A stretch of 64,000 nucleotides of DNA. It comes from Planctomycetota bacterium. Its GTDB lineage: Bacteria > Planctomycetota > PLA2 > JAEUHO01. Positions 61,415 to 64,000 of the stretch are shown here, in pieces. The position numbers and the translations under genes are program-made. The notes under the pieces are model-generated. The model saw only the letters and a program-made list of their open reading frames with translations, did no database searches and had not been told where the DNA came from. Positions within the stretch are counted from its first letter, which is position 1; each line of letters begins with the position of its first letter. The stretch covers positions 1 to 64,000 of the forward strand of contig CBDCWP010000042.1 of NCBI GenBank assembly GCA_965223505.1, written 5' to 3'.

Positions 61415-62035
61415 TCATACGGCGGGTGTGTGTTCGCGCAGCGCCCGTGCGGTCGCGACCGGGTCCGCCGCCTCGCGCAGGGCACGAATGACCGCCACGC
61501 CGTCGGCGCCCGCGCCCCGCACCGCCGCCGCGTTCGACGGGTCGATGCCGCCGAGCGCCACGACCGGAAGCTGCACCGTCCCGCGCAGCCGCTCGAATTG
61601 CGACACACCGATCGGCGCGCCTTTGCCCGGCACGTCGTAGACCGGTGAGAGCGTGACGTAGTCGGCGCCGGCGCGCTGGGCGCGACGAAGCTCGCGCTCG
61701 TCGTGGCAGCTGACCCCCATCCACCCCGGAAACCAGGACCGGACGCGGTCCGCGGGCGGCGAGTACGAGCCCAGGTGGACCCCGTCCGCGGCGACGGCGC
61801 ACGCAACATCGGCCCGCCCGCCCACCATCAGCCTGACGTCGTGAGCGTGACAACGATCGCGCAGTTGCTGCGCCACGCGGAAGAGTTGGGCGCCGTCGAG
61901 CGCGTGATCGCGCAACCAGACCGCGGTGACGCCCGCCTCGAGCACGTCGCGGATGTGGCGTTCGTCGGCGCCGGCGCGCTCGTCGACGATGTAGACCAGA
62001 TCGATCGCGCGCCGAACGGGGTCGGAGACGGTCAT
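61415..62035 (-). CDS. Thiamine phosphate synthase family protein (ThiE/TenI-like)
   Basis: ADGVHL, GVSCH, GADYVTLSPV, PVVALGGI, GADGVAVI; ATGA coupling to dapB. Confidence 0.85.
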   Translation of the reverse strand: MTVSDPVRRAIDLVYIVDERAGADERHIRDVLEAGVTAVWLRDHALDGAQLFRVAQQLRDRCHAHDVRLMVGGRADVACAVAADGVHLGSYSPPADRVRSWFPGWMGVSCHDERELRRAQRAGADYVTLSPVYDVPGKGAPIGVSQFERLRGTVQLPVVALGGIDPSNAAAVRGAGADGVAVIRALREAADPVATARALREHTPAV

Positions 62036-62763
62036 GCGTCGCCGAAGACGACGGGCTCCAGGCCGCGCGTTACGCCGGAGCGCTGGCCGGCCGCGCGAAT
62101 CGCCGCGATGACGCCGGGCAGGTAGCACGCGCGGGAATTGGCTTCGTGCTGCAACATCAGCCCTTCGTCAGCGCCGCCGAAGTGCACGGTCTGACGCGCC
62201 TCGACGTTGGCGAGTCGCATGCTGTGCACGCGTACGCCGTCGACGTCGAGCCCGCGCGCGGCGTCGCTACTGTCGGGTCCGGAGCGGGCGCCGCGCGCAG
62301 CGAGGCGCTCCGCGGTTCGCTGCGCGGTGCCGGACGGCGCATCGAGCTTGCCCTCGTGATGCGTCTCCACGATCTCGACGCGCGGGAAGTAGCGAACGGC
62401 CTCGTCGGCGAACCGCTGCAACAGCAGCATGCCGAGGGAGAAGTTCGGCGCGATGATCAGGTTGCGCTCCGCGGCCTGCGCCTCCCGGTCGAGGGCGTCG
62501 AGATCCTCCGTCGTGAACCCGGTGGTGCCGATCACGCCGTGCGCGCCGGCTTCGATGATCTTGCGCGCGTTGGCGACCGCGGCGGCGGGGGTCGTGAAGT
62601 CGACCACGACCGTGGCGTCGTTGTCGCGCACGGCGCCGACGAGGTCGTCGTCGACGTCGACGCGGGCGACGAGGGCGATGCCTTCGGCGGCATCGAGGCC
62701 CGGGCACAGGGCCCGGCCCATGCGCCCGTGGGCGCCGGAAAAGACGACGCGGATGTCGCTCAT
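62032..62763 (-). CDS. dapB: 4-hydroxy-tetrahydrodipicolinate reductase
   Basis: GAHGRMG, VDFT, VIGTTG, APNFSLG, ETHHEGKLDAPSGTA. Confidence 0.94.
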   Translation of the reverse strand: MSDIRVVFSGAHGRMGRALCPGLDAAEGIALVARVDVDDDLVGAVRDNDATVVVDFTTPAAAVANARKIIEAGAHGVIGTTGFTTEDLDALDREAQAAERNLIIAPNFSLGMLLLQRFADEAVRYFPRVEIVETHHEGKLDAPSGTAQRTAERLAARGARSGPDSSDAARGLDVDGVRVHSMRLANVEARQTVHFGGADEGLMLQHEANSRACYLPGVIAAIRAAGQRSGVTRGLEPVVFGDA

Positions 62764-62787
62764 GCGAGGTTCCTTTCGGCCGACACC

Positions 62788-63222
62788 CTACGCTTCCGCC
62801 GCGAACTGTCGAATCGCGGCGATCTGGCCGCGGGTCTCGATGGATCCGGGACGCCGCGACCGAACGTGCTCGATGGCCTCGTCGGCGCTGTTGCCCTGGG
62901 CGACCAGCCATGCCGCGAGGACGGTGCCCGTGCGGCCCTGGCCGGCGAAGCAGTGGACCGCGACGGCGCGCTCGGCCTCGACTTGCTCGTCGATCCAGTC
63001 GACCGCACGTCGCAAATCCTCCATGGACGGCGTACCGAAGTCGATCAAGGGGACGTGGAAGACGACGAGCCCGTGCTTCTCGGGCTCGCCGAACGCGGGC
63101 CGCTCGGTGAGCGTGAGGACGGCGTCAACGCCCGCTTCGCGGAGCCGGGGCCAGGCGTCGGGCGCAGGCATGGCCATGCCCGCGACGCGTCCGCGCTCGA
63201 TCCAGCTGAAGTTAGGCAGCAT
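62788..63222 (-). CDS. Dual-specificity protein phosphatase (DUSP23-like)
   Basis: NFSWI, DFGTP, VHCFAGQGRTG (CX5R), RPGSIET..Q. Confidence 0.9.
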   Translation of the reverse strand: MLPNFSWIERGRVAGMAMPAPDAWPRLREAGVDAVLTLTERPAFGEPEKHGLVVFHVPLIDFGTPSMEDLRRAVDWIDEQVEAERAVAVHCFAGQGRTGTVLAAWLVAQGNSADEAIEHVRSRRPGSIETRGQIAAIRQFAAEA

Positions 63223-63407
63223 GGAGGCATGGTTACGCAGGAACGGCCAGCGCGCATCGAAAATCGGACGTGCGGCGAGGTGCGCGTAACCGGCGACCGC
63301 GCCCGGACGATGTCGGTCTGGGGGGCCCGCCGCACTCCACGTGGAAACCAGGGCCGAAGACGGGTTGTGTTGCGGCTGGGACTGAGGCGCCCGTAGCTTC
63401 TTGGGCC

Positions 63408-64000
63408 GTGGGCCCGGAACTTCTCACCATCCTCGCGATCGCCGTCGTCATGGCCAGCGCCATGATCCCCGCGCTCTCCATCGACATGGCGGCCATCGTC
63501 GCCCTGGGGATGCTCGTCATCGGCGGCGTCATCGGCCCGACGGAAGCGGCGAGGGGCTTCGGCAACACCACCCTTCTCACCGTGGCCGGCATGTTCGTCG
63601 TCGCCGAGGCCTTGCACCGCACGGGCGCCGCCGACGGCATTACCAAGCTCGTGCGCCGAAGCGCCGAGAAGGGCCAGCGCTGGCTGCTGTTGGCGCTGCT
63701 GCCGGTCGTGATGGTGCTGTCCGGCATCATGAACAACACGGGCGTCGTCGTCCTGCTGCTGCCCGCGCTCATCACCGCCGCGCAGCAGATGAAGATGAGC
63801 CCCAGCCGCCTGCTCCTGCCGCTCTCCTACGCGTCGATCACCGGCGGGACGCTCACGCTCATCGGCACCACGACCACCCTCCTGGTGAACGGCATCGTCC
63901 AACAGCAGTGGATGAACGCCCGGGACGCCGCCGGCGCCGCTACCGACGCGGAGGAACGCGCGGCTGCGGTCGCCGACATGGACTTCCTCAGCGAGTTCAG
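63408..64000 (+). CDS. SLC13-family permease, truncated by the window end
   Basis: Not in the ORF track; manual translation gives GFGN....TVAGMFVV...L..TG, SGIMNNT, PSRLLLPLSYASITGGTLTLIGT. Confidence 0.88.
   Translation, partial: MGPELLTILAIAVVMASAMIPALSIDMAAIVALGMLVIGGVIGPTEAARGFGNTTLLTVAGMFVVAEALHRTGAADGITKLVRRSAEKGQRWLLLALLPVVMVLSGIMNNTGVVVLLLPALITAAQQMKMSPSRLLLPLSYASITGGTLTLIGTTTTLLVNGIVQQQWMNARDAAGAATDAEERAAAVADMDFLSEF

Overview
High-GC (roughly 70% by eye), gene-dense bacterial chromosome segment, most likely from a Planctomycetota-like organism. That placement is inferred from the many secreted HEAT/TPR/vWA proteins, a DUF1570-like HExxH lipoprotein, a carboxypeptidase-regulatory-repeat protein and an ECF sigma/anti-sigma pair. 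Housekeeping genes: sfsA, rlmI-like, smpB plus tmRNA, nfuA-like, acnA, clpS, gcvT-gcvH, lgt, tolC-family, tsaE, thiL, thiE/tenI-like, dapB. No mobile element or CRISPR array was seen. Best leads: (1) a redoxin lipoprotein whose ORF-track 'stop' UGA sits at the conserved C-terminal G-C-x-(I/V)-K cysteine, with a hairpin 11 nt downstream (probable selenoprotein), and which carries an acyl-carrier-protein-like domain inserted in its thioredoxin fold; (2) an unannotated ~190-nt structured intergenic RNA with GGA motifs in hairpin loops and a terminator (candidate CsrA-sequestering sRNA); (3) a Gfo/Idh/MocA - radical SAM - NUDIX operon divergent from a macrodomain gene; (4) a sigma54 promoter with an enhancer-like palindrome and structured leader driving a 71-aa protein; (5) an 18-bp GGAAC motif shared by the ECF sigma gene and a 2875-aa FecR-VIT-vWA-TPR gene, plus a frameshifted anti-sigma; (6) two tandem Cys-rich mini-lipoproteins. 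All family assignments come from motif recognition by eye; no database searches were run.
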